From Obrimoposthia wandeli (Eukaryota), in NCBI GenBank assembly GCA_977020255.1, contig CDROCS010003321.1, positions 62,001-126,000 of the forward strand: a stretch of DNA of 64,000 nt, read 5' to 3'. Shown in pieces: positions 20,833 through 29,561 of the stretch; positions within the stretch are counted from its first letter, which is position 1; each line of letters opens with the position of its first letter. The position numbers were made by a program, and so were the translations under genes. Under the pieces are notes generated by a model, which was not told the DNA's origin, searched no databases, and saw nothing but the letters and a program-made list of their open reading frames with translations.

Positions 20833-21330
20833 TTATCCCTTTAAGATCATATTAATAACGGGAATTTTAATATCTGCACTGCCATGAGAAAAATAGCCTC
20901 GACCAACCTCTTCAAAGCCTAATTTTTGATAGAAAGCAGCGGCCGTTATCGTTGACTCAAGCCTAACTTGCCAATTGCTAATAGCCCGTTCATCAGGGTT
21001 ATGCTTAGCTTTGGCTATTTGCACACCCAATTGAGCTAACTTTTTTCCTATGCCTTTATTTGCGTAAATTGGATCAATAAATAAAGCAACTAATTCTCCA
21101 GGGACCGCTACTAAATAGCCAGCGATGACACCCTCTATTTCAGCAACCCATAAAGAGTTTTCTGTAATTGCTGCAAGGCGCGCCTCTGCTGGGGTCGACA
21201 CTTGCCAATGCGCAATAATATGTGCTGGGTAATCATCCTTACATAGCTCACGAACAGAGCCTGCATATACGCTTGCAATAGCGTGTATATCAGCCGGCTC
21301 AGCAAGCCTGATTAATAATTGTTCTAGCAT
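20833..21330 (-). CDS. GNAT family N-acetyltransferase
   Basis: ALFIDPIYANKGIGKKL, AAFYQKLGF. Confidence 0.88.
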   Translation of the reverse strand: MLEQLLIRLAEPADIHAIASVYAGSVRELCKDDYPAHIIAHWQVSTPAEARLAAITENSLWVAEIEGVIAGYLVAVPGELVALFIDPIYANKGIGKKLAQLGVQIAKAKHNPDERAISNWQVRLESTITAAAFYQKLGFEEVGRGYFSHGSADIKIPVINMILKG

Positions 21331-21435
21331 AAGTAAAGACCTCCTCTGTGATTAAAAATAGAGATGATTTAGGTGACTTGAGTATAATGAATGAAGCTAA
21401 ACTAAGAGTGCTGATTAAACATGAAAGCTAAAGCT

Positions 21436-21801
21436 TTAAACCCAAACATCATTTTTTGCGGTCAGCTCGCTGTTGCTAGCGCCCGTATTCACGACACCTT
21501 TGGGTTCTATTATCATTATCTTGCACTCATTATCAGCATTAGGTTTATGCTCTATACCTTTTGGAATAACGTACATTTCCCCGGCCTGCAATGTCACTAT
21601 CCCATCACGAAACTCTATGTTCATAGAACCTTCAATCACAATAAAGACTTCATCAGTATCTGGATGATCGTGCCATACAAACTCACCCTCAACTTTGACT
21701 AGCTTAAATTGGTAGTCATTCATTTCAGCAATAACTCGTGGTGACCAATGCGGTGAAAATTGATTAAACTTATCTACAAAATTAATTGATTCATGCTTCA
21801 T
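21436..21801 (-). CDS. Cupin domain protein
   Basis: FVWHDHPDTDEVF, IPKGIEHKP. Confidence 0.9.
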   Translation of the reverse strand: MKHESINFVDKFNQFSPHWSPRVIAEMNDYQFKLVKVEGEFVWHDHPDTDEVFIVIEGSMNIEFRDGIVTLQAGEMYVIPKGIEHKPNADNECKIMIIEPKGVVNTGASNSELTAKNDVWV

Positions 21802-21852
21802 TTTATTTCCCTTAAAAATTAGTCATCTCTAGTATGAAATGACGCTAAATCA

Positions 21853-22485
21853 CTATTTACTAGCGGCTAAACGTACTGCTAAGCCTAAAAAGATAACAGC
21901 GAGCAAACCGTCTATATGACGCCCTAAATTCAGCTTTTTTGCCATTAGCTTGCCAAAGGCACTAAACACTATAGAAAAGCTGCAATTAACTAGCATAGCG
22001 AAACAACTTAGCATAAAACCTAAAATTAAAATCTGTAGCGTAAGTGAACCATTAGCCGTTGTAAACTGAGGTAAAAATAAACTAAAAAACAGTAACGCTT
22101 TGGGATTAAGCAGATTGTTTAAAAATCCTTTATTTACTAGGCCTAAATGAGTTGAAATTTCAGCCGGTTTTTTCATGTTGTCTTGTTGATGATTACGATA
22201 CCAACTCAGTAGCATTTTTAGCCCCAAAAAACTTAAATACAATGCGCCTGCTATTTTTAAAACATAAGCAAATAGAGGAATAGTTTGCATTAACTGACCT
22301 AAACCAAACGCAACCAGTAGCGTTTGCAATATGCCGGCTGCAAACACTCCTATTGATACCATCAAACCAGCGGTAAAGCCTTTAGTAGATGAATATGTTG
22401 AAATCAGGACCAAATCAGGGCCTGGGGATATAGCAAGAAAAAAAGCAGCAGTAAAAAATAGCGGTAAAACAGTAATATCTATCAT
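21853..22485 (-). CDS. LysE/RhtB family translocator
   Basis: SPGPD, GALYLSFLG, NLLNPKA. Confidence 0.92.
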   Translation of the reverse strand: MIDITVLPLFFTAAFFLAISPGPDLVLISTYSSTKGFTAGLMVSIGVFAAGILQTLLVAFGLGQLMQTIPLFAYVLKIAGALYLSFLGLKMLLSWYRNHQQDNMKKPAEISTHLGLVNKGFLNNLLNPKALLFFSLFLPQFTTANGSLTLQILILGFMLSCFAMLVNCSFSIVFSAFGKLMAKKLNLGRHIDGLLAVIFLGLAVRLAASK

Positions 22486-22524
22486 TTCAATATCTCAAAT
22501 AAAAGGCGTATTGATTGGCTGGAT

Positions 22525-22992
22525 TTAATTTTCCTTTATTAAGAGTCGTAACCTTGAGCCTGTGCACTCAAACCCTTTACTTTCATAAAACTTAATCGTT
22601 CTAGGGCTTTCATTTACAGGTGGGCTACCAACTTCTAATCGCATCCAGCTTAGCTCTTTCCCCTTGTTGATCGCCGCTTTTATTAAAAGCTCTCCTATGT
22701 TAAAACAGCGAAATTCTGGTTTAACATACAACTCTGATATTTCACCAAATAATCCGCCTGCATATATAGAGGCACATTCATGGAGTGTGATAACACCAAT
22801 ACTTTGATCATTGTGTCGAGCTAAAAATGCCCAAATTTTTGATGTAGCCATCAAATGTTTTGTGACTGACTCTAACCCAGCGTTCTCAATTTCTTCCTTT
22901 GCACAAGGCTCTAACTCAATCAATAATGCTTTCACTAAATTAGCGACATCTTCAACATTATTTGATGCCTCACAAACTTCTATTTCATGCAT
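22525..22992 (-). CDS. GNAT family N-acetyltransferase
   Basis: ELYVKPEFRCFNIG, KFYESKGF. Confidence 0.85.
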   Translation of the reverse strand: MHEIEVCEASNNVEDVANLVKALLIELEPCAKEEIENAGLESVTKHLMATSKIWAFLARHNDQSIGVITLHECASIYAGGLFGEISELYVKPEFRCFNIGELLIKAAINKGKELSWMRLEVGSPPVNESPRTIKFYESKGFECTGSRLRLLIKEN

Positions 22993-23104
22993 AATAGTTT
23001 AATGCCTCTTATTCCCTCATCTGTAATTATTTATACAAAGCAGGTATGTAATTGTGTTGCTAGCAGTAGTCGATATAAATCACGAAAATAACACTACATA
23101 GTGG

Positions 23105-23581
23105 TTAAGTGCTTAATTTATTTACTGTGAAAGCTTCGATGACACTCGGTAGGTGATTCAGCTTATTTTTCAAAAACGCTGGCTTTAGGTTAATTTGATC
23201 AATATTTGCTAGTGGTACCCATCTAAATATAAGCTCTATAGGTGTCTCTATCCCTTTAAAATCTACTGCTGATTCTATCACTGGCTTATCAGTGAGGCTG
23301 ACTAAAAAGTAATGACCCAATTCATGATATTTTTTAGCGTTATACTCAAAGAAGTTTTCTACCTGCCACAATTGCCTTTTGACTACACAGTGCATTGCCA
23401 GCTCTTCACGCATTTCTCTTACAACAGTGTCATGGGATGCCTCAAAAAGCTCTACACGCCCGCCCGGTAGCGCCCAAAAGTCATCGCCCACCGCTCTATG
23501 AATCAATATGTGTTGCTGGTGGATAATGACAGCAACACTTCTAAAATTAAAACGAATATTGTTAGAGTCAAAACAAATCAT
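23105..23581 (-). CDS. NUDIX hydrolase
   Basis: Nudix box WALPGGRVELFEASHDTVVREMREEL. Confidence 0.9.
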   Translation of the reverse strand: MICFDSNNIRFNFRSVAVIIHQQHILIHRAVGDDFWALPGGRVELFEASHDTVVREMREELAMHCVVKRQLWQVENFFEYNAKKYHELGHYFLVSLTDKPVIESAVDFKGIETPIELIFRWVPLANIDQINLKPAFLKNKLNHLPSVIEAFTVNKLST

Positions 23582-23648
23582 TGCCTCTCCTGCTTCTAAG
23601 AAATTATTTTGTACTAATTTTTTGATTTAAAAAATAACCCAATTATTA

Positions 23649-24767
23649 TTAAACCTTAATTTCTTGCTGTGTTGCACAGTGGATACTCCCTCCGCCTGAA
23701 GCAATTGCATCGATTGCTATTTGCTCTATCGCTCTGTTGGGGAAAGCTTTTTCTAACGTTTTTCTTGCTCTCTCATCTGTTGTTTTATCACCGAATTTTT
23801 GTGCGATAATGGCGCTATTACAAACGTAATAACCGATATAACCCGCTGCGAAATCACTACTATCATAGGTTTCGTTAATTTCATCAGGCGTATCCACAAT
23901 TATTACTTTTAGCTTGTTACCAAAAGCATCTTCACTCTTATTTAATACTTCAATATTTTTTCTAGTTATCTGGTAGTCAAATGAGTCACGATAATTATCT
24001 CTGCTTACTATTACCTCTCCAGGCTTGGTAAAGCGCGCATAAAAATCAGTATGACCATCAGTAATATCTTTACCTTTAATACCTTCTAACCAAATTATTT
24101 TTTTTAATCCAAGTAATTGTTTCAGCTCAAACTCAATCGCTTTTTGGCTTATGCCAGGGTTACGATTACCGTTAATGATACAGCTCTTAGTCATGATCGC
24201 CGTTCCTGCACCATCTACCTCAAAGCAGCCGCCTTCAAGGGTTAGTTTTGATCTTTTAGTGATAGAGTTTGTAGAATTACTTATAAAGCTGGCTACTTGG
24301 GAATCTAGCTCATGCTCTTGTTTTCCTCCCCAACCGTTAAAGTTAAAGTCAATTGCGTATTTTTTACCATCAGAGCCTTTAACAAAGGTAGGTCCGGTAT
24401 CTCTTAACCACAAATCATCTGTTTCAAATTGAATCAAATCTAGCGGATAATTGTTAGCACTAAGGTCTCCTAATAGTGAAAGGGCTTCATTATAATCATC
24501 GGATGACACCAGCATTGACACAGGCTCGTATTTGGCTATAGTTTTAGCAATTAATACTAAATTTCTTTTCACTTCAGGTATTTGCCGTTTAGACCATATA
24601 TAGTCATTTGCGACAAAAGACATCCAAGTTCTTTCATGAATTCCACTTTCATCTGGCATTGTGAGAGATATGGCTGAGGAGCTATTTTGGGCAAGAACGC
24701 TGTCAGCAAGAACAAAACCTGCCGATAAATAACCCATACTTTTTGTAAAATATCTTCGAGTAATCAT
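23649..24767 (-). CDS. Agmatine/peptidylarginine deiminase family protein with Tat signal
   Basis: DLWLRDTGP, LEGG, TDGHTD, GGGSIHCATQQ; N-terminal TRRYF twin-arginine motif. Confidence 0.9.
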   Translation of the reverse strand: MITRRYFTKSMGYLSAGFVLADSVLAQNSSSAISLTMPDESGIHERTWMSFVANDYIWSKRQIPEVKRNLVLIAKTIAKYEPVSMLVSSDDYNEALSLLGDLSANNYPLDLIQFETDDLWLRDTGPTFVKGSDGKKYAIDFNFNGWGGKQEHELDSQVASFISNSTNSITKRSKLTLEGGCFEVDGAGTAIMTKSCIINGNRNPGISQKAIEFELKQLLGLKKIIWLEGIKGKDITDGHTDFYARFTKPGEVIVSRDNYRDSFDYQITRKNIEVLNKSEDAFGNKLKVIIVDTPDEINETYDSSDFAAGYIGYYVCNSAIIAQKFGDKTTDERARKTLEKAFPNRAIEQIAIDAIASGGGSIHCATQQEIKV

Positions 24768-24784
24768 CTTAATACCTCTATGTG

Positions 24785-24824
24785 CTCATAACTTTTTGGT
24801 ATGCCACGTTGGTCGCGTTATGTG
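24785..24824 (-). repeat. Collapsed attC-like junction
   Basis: Minus strand CACATAAC...GTTATGAG inverted core-like pair, followed by GAGG RBS and the deiminase ATG. Confidence 0.35.
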
Positions 24825-24861
24825 AGCTTCGCTATGAGATGAATTGCTTCATTTGATAAGT

Positions 24862-25323
24862 TTAAACCACTAAATATTTCAGCTTAGCTAACATTCTATT
24901 TTGCGCTGCGCTGTAAACTTCTCCAACGGGTATTGCGCCTTTTTTTAGATAGAAGTCCTGCGCATCGGGATCAGATACTATATAAAATTCAGCTATGGCC
25001 AAAAAATCACACTCCTTTAGTATCTGTTTAAATGCAAGGCTGCCGATACCTTTACCTATTGCTTCAGGTAGTAACCAAAGGTGATCCAACATATTCTCTT
25101 CGCCTTTAGTTATTGCAATAGTTATCGCAAAAAAGCCGATGACCTTCGCATTTTTAGTCATTAACTTAACGGTATTGTCGCGAATGTATTTACTTTCAAA
25201 TTGCAGCTTTGAGCGCCATACTTCTAATTGTTCTCGCGAATAACCCCAGTGCCCTTTCGATTCGATCAATATATCTCGAAGTAGCTGATGTTGATCTGAT
25301 GTTGCATCTGCAAATTCAACCAA
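24862..25323 (-). CDS. GNAT family N-acetyltransferase
   Basis: LDHLWLLPEAIGKGIG, SDPDAQDFYLKKGA. Confidence 0.88.
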   Translation of the reverse strand: MVEFADATSDQHQLLRDILIESKGHWGYSREQLEVWRSKLQFESKYIRDNTVKLMTKNAKVIGFFAITIAITKGEENMLDHLWLLPEAIGKGIGSLAFKQILKECDFLAIAEFYIVSDPDAQDFYLKKGAIPVGEVYSAAQNRMLAKLKYLVV

Positions 25324-25474
25324 TTACTTCACCTTTCATCCTTTCATCTTTGACCCAGGCATGAGTCGTCTGTAATAAAACGCGAACCCCATGATTAAAA
25401 TTGTATTAAATAACTCTTACACTGTCGAATAATACGACTATCACGCTTTTGTTATCAGACTTCTTTATCGGTGT

Positions 25475-25921
25475 TTATAATGAAGGGCGAGAGATATAGG
25501 CTGTTTTTTCATCTGAGGTAAAACCGCATGCTCGATAAAATGCATGTGTCGACTCTTTGTTTGAACCTGTTAGCAACATTACTTTATAACACTGTACTGA
25601 CCAACAGTAATTAAGTGCATGGGCCATAGTTTTTCGAGCATATCCTTTACCTTGCTCAGCAGTTTGGGTGATAACGTTTTCAATGACAGCATAAGGCGCA
25701 GCCGCTCTGGTCAGATTTGCTATAATATTAACGTAACAACTTGATAGCAGCTGCCCATCACTTTTTTCTAAGACAAATATAGTGAGCCAATCACTTTCTA
25801 TAATCTGTTTAAACACAGCCTTACCGATTTTATCCTCAAGTATAGGGTCTTCTGGCTGAAGTTGCCTATAGAGGATCATAATCGAATCAAAATCTTCATA
25901 AGCCGCTGCTCGTACTATCAT
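25475..25921 (-). CDS. GNAT family N-acetyltransferase
   Basis: IENVITQTAEQGKGYA, CYKVMLLTG, FYRACGF. Confidence 0.9.
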   Translation of the reverse strand: MIVRAAAYEDFDSIMILYRQLQPEDPILEDKIGKAVFKQIIESDWLTIFVLEKSDGQLLSSCYVNIIANLTRAAAPYAVIENVITQTAEQGKGYARKTMAHALNYCWSVQCYKVMLLTGSNKESTHAFYRACGFTSDEKTAYISRPSL

Positions 25922-25967
25922 CTAACTCCCTAATATTTAAGACATCTGTTGCACGTTACTGTTAAGT
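25920..25967 (-). repeat. Collapsed attC-like junction
   Basis: Minus strand ACTTAAC (RYYYAAC) ... GTTAGAT (GTTRRRY) overlapping the GNAT start codon; only 48 bp and inner arms do not pair. Confidence 0.35.
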
Positions 25968-25991
25968 TGAGCTTTTGCATACACACTCTCT

Positions 25992-26759
25992 TTACTTTTT
26001 TAATCCAGCCTCACGAGGACCAATAAAACGAGCGAGTGCTTGCACTAACTTAGAAAATCTATGCGCTTCAATGCTTCCCTGTGATGGAGTAGCATACGTT
26101 GCGTTAATTTCCATTTGTATGGCAGGCACCCCATGCTTGAGCGAAAACTTAGTAAGCGTGGCATTTTTAGCAGCACTAAAACGATTATACGAAATACTGA
26201 CAATGCCCTCTTTTTGCAGCTGTTCTATTAGCTTAAATAGCAGTGAGTCATTACCCATGAGAGACTCGCCATTCATTGTACCAAGATCTACATCAAATGA
26301 GCGGTATGGGTGACTTGCATGCAGATCTAATATATAAGCGGGTTTTACCTCTCGGATTAAATCGGCCAGCTGTTCTTTGAATTGGTTATCATCGTAATAG
26401 TTTGGATCAGAAGGCCCTTCGTAACTTGAATATATAACATATGCACCTGTTAGCTCCCCAAGAGTAACGGCTAGCGCAGCTGTCCCACCACCATCAGCAA
26501 ACCTGCGCTTTCCATTTCTTAGTGGGCGCGTAGCGTGCGGTGCCGTTACAATAACAGGTATTGTACCTTGCACTACTTCAAACCATTTTTTTCCATCAGG
26601 GATGGCCATATTCTCACGCGTATTTAGCTCTTTTTCAAGAGAGATAGCAGCGATTACCTGTTGAGGTCCTACCAGTGCTCGAAGAGGAAAATCGGGCTTT
26701 ACTGAACATGCTGATAGCACTATTAACATCATTAAAGCTAGGATATATTTTAACTTCAT
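25992..26759 (-). CDS. Lipoprotein with N-formylglutamate amidohydrolase-like (Zn hydrolase) domain
   Basis: Lipobox LSAC; TAPHA, DPN, LDLHA, DLGT, IQME. Confidence 0.6.
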   Translation of the reverse strand: MKLKYILALMMLIVLSACSVKPDFPLRALVGPQQVIAAISLEKELNTRENMAIPDGKKWFEVVQGTIPVIVTAPHATRPLRNGKRRFADGGGTAALAVTLGELTGAYVIYSSYEGPSDPNYYDDNQFKEQLADLIREVKPAYILDLHASHPYRSFDVDLGTMNGESLMGNDSLLFKLIEQLQKEGIVSISYNRFSAAKNATLTKFSLKHGVPAIQMEINATYATPSQGSIEAHRFSKLVQALARFIGPREAGLKK

Positions 26760-27060
26760 AGAGATTCCATTTTTGTCACATCAATGCCTAAGTTACAATT
26801 TAAACGTGTTTTTCGATTTCATAAAGCTCACTTTTTTCATGATCAAAATAAAATACCACCGACTATCATTGTACATCACTCTATCGTTTTCCCAATTTAG
26901 CAAATAGCTCTGACAGTTATTTTTAAAACTGTTGCAGCTTGTGGTAACAACCAGCAAACCAAAAAATAGCATAATTTTCAATATATTAAAAACACTTATT
27001 AATGTAATAACAAGCCAAGCTGAATAAAACACACCGCTAATACTTCACATGGTGTTTTAG

Positions 27061-27516
27061 TTATTTGTTAGAGGGCTGCTGTATGTACGTATAAGTACCA
27101 TCATCGCCATTGATCAATATTTCGAACGAAAATTCACTTCCATCATGACCATTTGTCGCGCTCGCCTGCACTTTTACTGTGTTTATTTTTACTTGTTTAC
27201 AGCTTAGGCCATCGAGTTCTATTTCAGCATGATCATTATTTATTTCAGAAAACGAAAAGCCTACTACAGTGTTATATTGCGTTTGCTCAAGGTTAATAGC
27301 AACCATATCAACGAACAACATATCTTGCCCCCCATAGTACAGTTGAAAAACCCTAAACTCGCCACTTTGCTCCTTCTTTCTCCATTGACCACATTTTGTG
27401 AGATGCTCAATCGAGCCAAACAAGCTCGACTTTGCTTCCTCATAAGAGACAACTCTACCTAGAGCATGAGTAACGCTTGAAATAAGTAACAATGAGATGG
27501 CAAAGAATATTTTCAT
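27061..27516 (-). CDS. Secreted hypothetical protein
   Basis: Signal peptide MKIFFAISLLLISSVTHA; 151 aa; two Cys. Confidence 0.7.
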   Translation of the reverse strand: MKIFFAISLLLISSVTHALGRVVSYEEAKSSLFGSIEHLTKCGQWRKKEQSGEFRVFQLYYGGQDMLFVDMVAINLEQTQYNTVVGFSFSEINNDHAEIELDGLSCKQVKINTVKVQASATNGHDGSEFSFEILINGDDGTYTYIQQPSNK

Positions 27517-27746
27517 GTGAGCTCTTATATGTAATTAATATGTGCAGCTTACTGAGTCAGGTTGGTTTTGTCTCGTTAAAACAATGGCCACTTATCTTGA
27601 TAAATAAACGGTCAGTACAAGCTAAGAATACCTGTTAGAACTATTTCAATAGTTTTGAATGCTGACTTTGGAGATGTAGTACTTTGACTTATAAGCACTC
27701 TATTTAAAGTAGAGGGTGCAACATCTAATTGCTTTGCTACTGTAGA

Positions 27747-27911
27747 AGTAACACAAATGCATTACTACTATAACTAGTAACGTAAATAGGTAGCTATCAT
27801 AAGCAATAACACAAACGCGTCCTCACTGGAAAAGTAACTTAAATACGTTACTACTAGAAAAAGTAACATAAACACGTTACTATAAAAGTTAAGTAATATT
27901 GAATCACTACA
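27747..27911 (+). repeat. Array of six ~29-bp units, each an AGTAAC-N8-GTTACT palindrome (putative operator array)
   Basis: Unit starts 27747, 27776, 27805, 27833, 27862, 27892; units 4 and 5 are perfect palindromes; ends about 20 nt before the SatD start. Confidence 0.8.
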
Positions 27912-27932
27912 TAAGTTTGTGAGAACCTAGAT

Positions 27933-28595
27933 ATGCAAGAACTAGAGCAAGAAGAACCAAACAAGTCAATAGCAGTACTAAGTGGAGATATTATTGGTTC
28001 TACCGAGCTACCACACACTATGTATGAAGATTTACTATATACATTGCATAATCAACTAGCCTTTATTGAAACTCTTAACCCAAACAACAAGTTTGAGATA
28101 AGTAGAGGCGATTCATTTCAAGTTCTAATACAAGATGCCGAAAATGCAGCCAAATATGCACTACTCCTTAGAACGAGTCTAAGAAGTAGAAATAACAATT
28201 ATGACTGCAGAATAAGTATTGCTATAGGCCATGATGTATCCATCCGGCACACAATAGCTAGTTCAACTGGTGATGCTTTTACAATGTCAGGTCGGGCATT
28301 AGATAACATGACTTCTGACACATTGAAAGTCACGACAGTACTACAACCGTTCAATGAGCATTTTGGTCTACTTACCAAATACTTAGATCAACACATATCA
28401 CAGATGACAGAGAGACAATGTGCAATTACATATATTATATTAAAAAATCAGCAGTCACTCACTCAGAAAGAAATCGCTGAGTTGTTGGGGGTAAATAGAG
28501 TGTCAGTAAATCGCTCTATCAACACCGCAAATTTAAACTTTGTAGCTGAATATACCCAGTTATTTTCACAAAAAGTAAGAGAGTTTTTCCTTTGA
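27933..28595 (+). CDS. SatD family protein: class III nucleotide-cyclase-like domain plus C-terminal HTH
   Basis: AVLSGDIIGS, RGDSFQ, RISIAIG, TGDAFTMSGRALD; HTH TQKEIAELLGVNRVSVNRSI. Confidence 0.82.
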   Translation: MQELEQEEPNKSIAVLSGDIIGSTELPHTMYEDLLYTLHNQLAFIETLNPNNKFEISRGDSFQVLIQDAENAAKYALLLRTSLRSRNNNYDCRISIAIGHDVSIRHTIASSTGDAFTMSGRALDNMTSDTLKVTTVLQPFNEHFGLLTKYLDQHISQMTERQCAITYIILKNQQSLTQKEIAELLGVNRVSVNRSINTANLNFVAEYTQLFSQKVREFFL

Positions 28596-29323
28596 GTACC
28601 TTCCTTGTATTATTTTTATCTCTAGTTATATTGCACCTCCTGGTTGACTTTTATTTCCAGCCTACAGCGTGGGTTCAAGATAAAAACGATAGGCATGCAA
28701 AGTCTTCTAAGTTGCATTTACACGCAGCAATACAGGCTATTGTTTCATGTATTCCCATTTTATATATCACTACAGATTGGCAATCAGTCGTTTGTGTGTT
28801 GCTCATAATTGGGTCTTCGCACTGGATAATTGATCTTGGGAAAACATATTTGAACAGCCGGCTGCGCTATTTTATTCTTGATCAAATATTACATATCATT
28901 GTTTTAGCCGGAGTCGCTCTACATATATCACAGCTAGAGTGGTCATTTTCTGAACTGATAAGCGTGATTATTACAGAAAACAACCTAGCGATAGCACTCG
29001 CTTATGTTGTTATTTTCAAACCTACGTCTATTTTAATCGGCTCTATTTTAACCAATTACATACCCGAAGAAAGTGAGGAAAACGAAGGCTTAATTTCTGG
29101 GGGAGAAGTTATTGGGTATTTAGAACGAACGCTCATACTGACCTTTACAATCACAGGGCAACTATCGATTATAGGTTTCATATTAGCAGCTAAATCCATA
29201 TTCAGGTTTGGCGAGTTGAACAATTCAAAAAACCATAAACTTACAGAGTATGTACTCTTAGGATCATTGCTATCTGTGACCATTACCTCATTGGTTGGAT
29301 TAGTCATAAAGAATTTTCTTTAG
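28592..29323 (+). CDS. DUF3307 domain membrane protein
   Basis: LHLLVDFYFQ, HAAI, SHWIID, DQILH, IGYLERTL, AKSIFRF, EYVLLGSLLS; TTG start overlapping the SatD stop. Confidence 0.85.
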   Translation: MSTFLVLFLSLVILHLLVDFYFQPTAWVQDKNDRHAKSSKLHLHAAIQAIVSCIPILYITTDWQSVVCVLLIIGSSHWIIDLGKTYLNSRLRYFILDQILHIIVLAGVALHISQLEWSFSELISVIITENNLAIALAYVVIFKPTSILIGSILTNYIPEESEENEGLISGGEVIGYLERTLILTFTITGQLSIIGFILAAKSIFRFGELNNSKNHKLTEYVLLGSLLSVTITSLVGLVIKNFL

Positions 29324-29329
29324 TAAGTG

Positions 29330-29561
29330 TTTAAGGTAAAACGGCACAGTTACCTGTGCCGCCTCCATACAGATCCTGACATGAAAAATCGCCCATCTAT
29401 TATTTCACCGCTTGTGTAAGTTACGCGCCCCCTGAATACTAATTCACCATGTATGCCGCTTGGATACACCCAAGGGCTGGATCTGATAATAACGTAACAT
29501 ATCTTCAGATCTCGCCTGTTAAAACTATTCAGTCGACTTAGCCGATTCAGCCATTTATACG
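29330..29561 (-). mobile_element. 3' remnant of a second (outer) group II intron
   Basis: Minus strand encodes a maturase C-terminus YKWLNRLSRLNSFN.../MLRYYQIQPLGVSKRHTW*, then a degenerate DV and a DVI hairpin GGCACAGGTAACTGTGCC (29343-29360). Confidence 0.65.

Noticed and set aside
26793-27032. 79-aa ORF with a lipobox-like VTTSC
   Set aside because: Possibly a gene remnant, but too short and unsupported to call
27747-27911. CRISPR array interpretation of the 29-bp repeats
   Set aside because: No alternation of a constant repeat with long unique spacers; units are contiguous and degenerate; no cas genes
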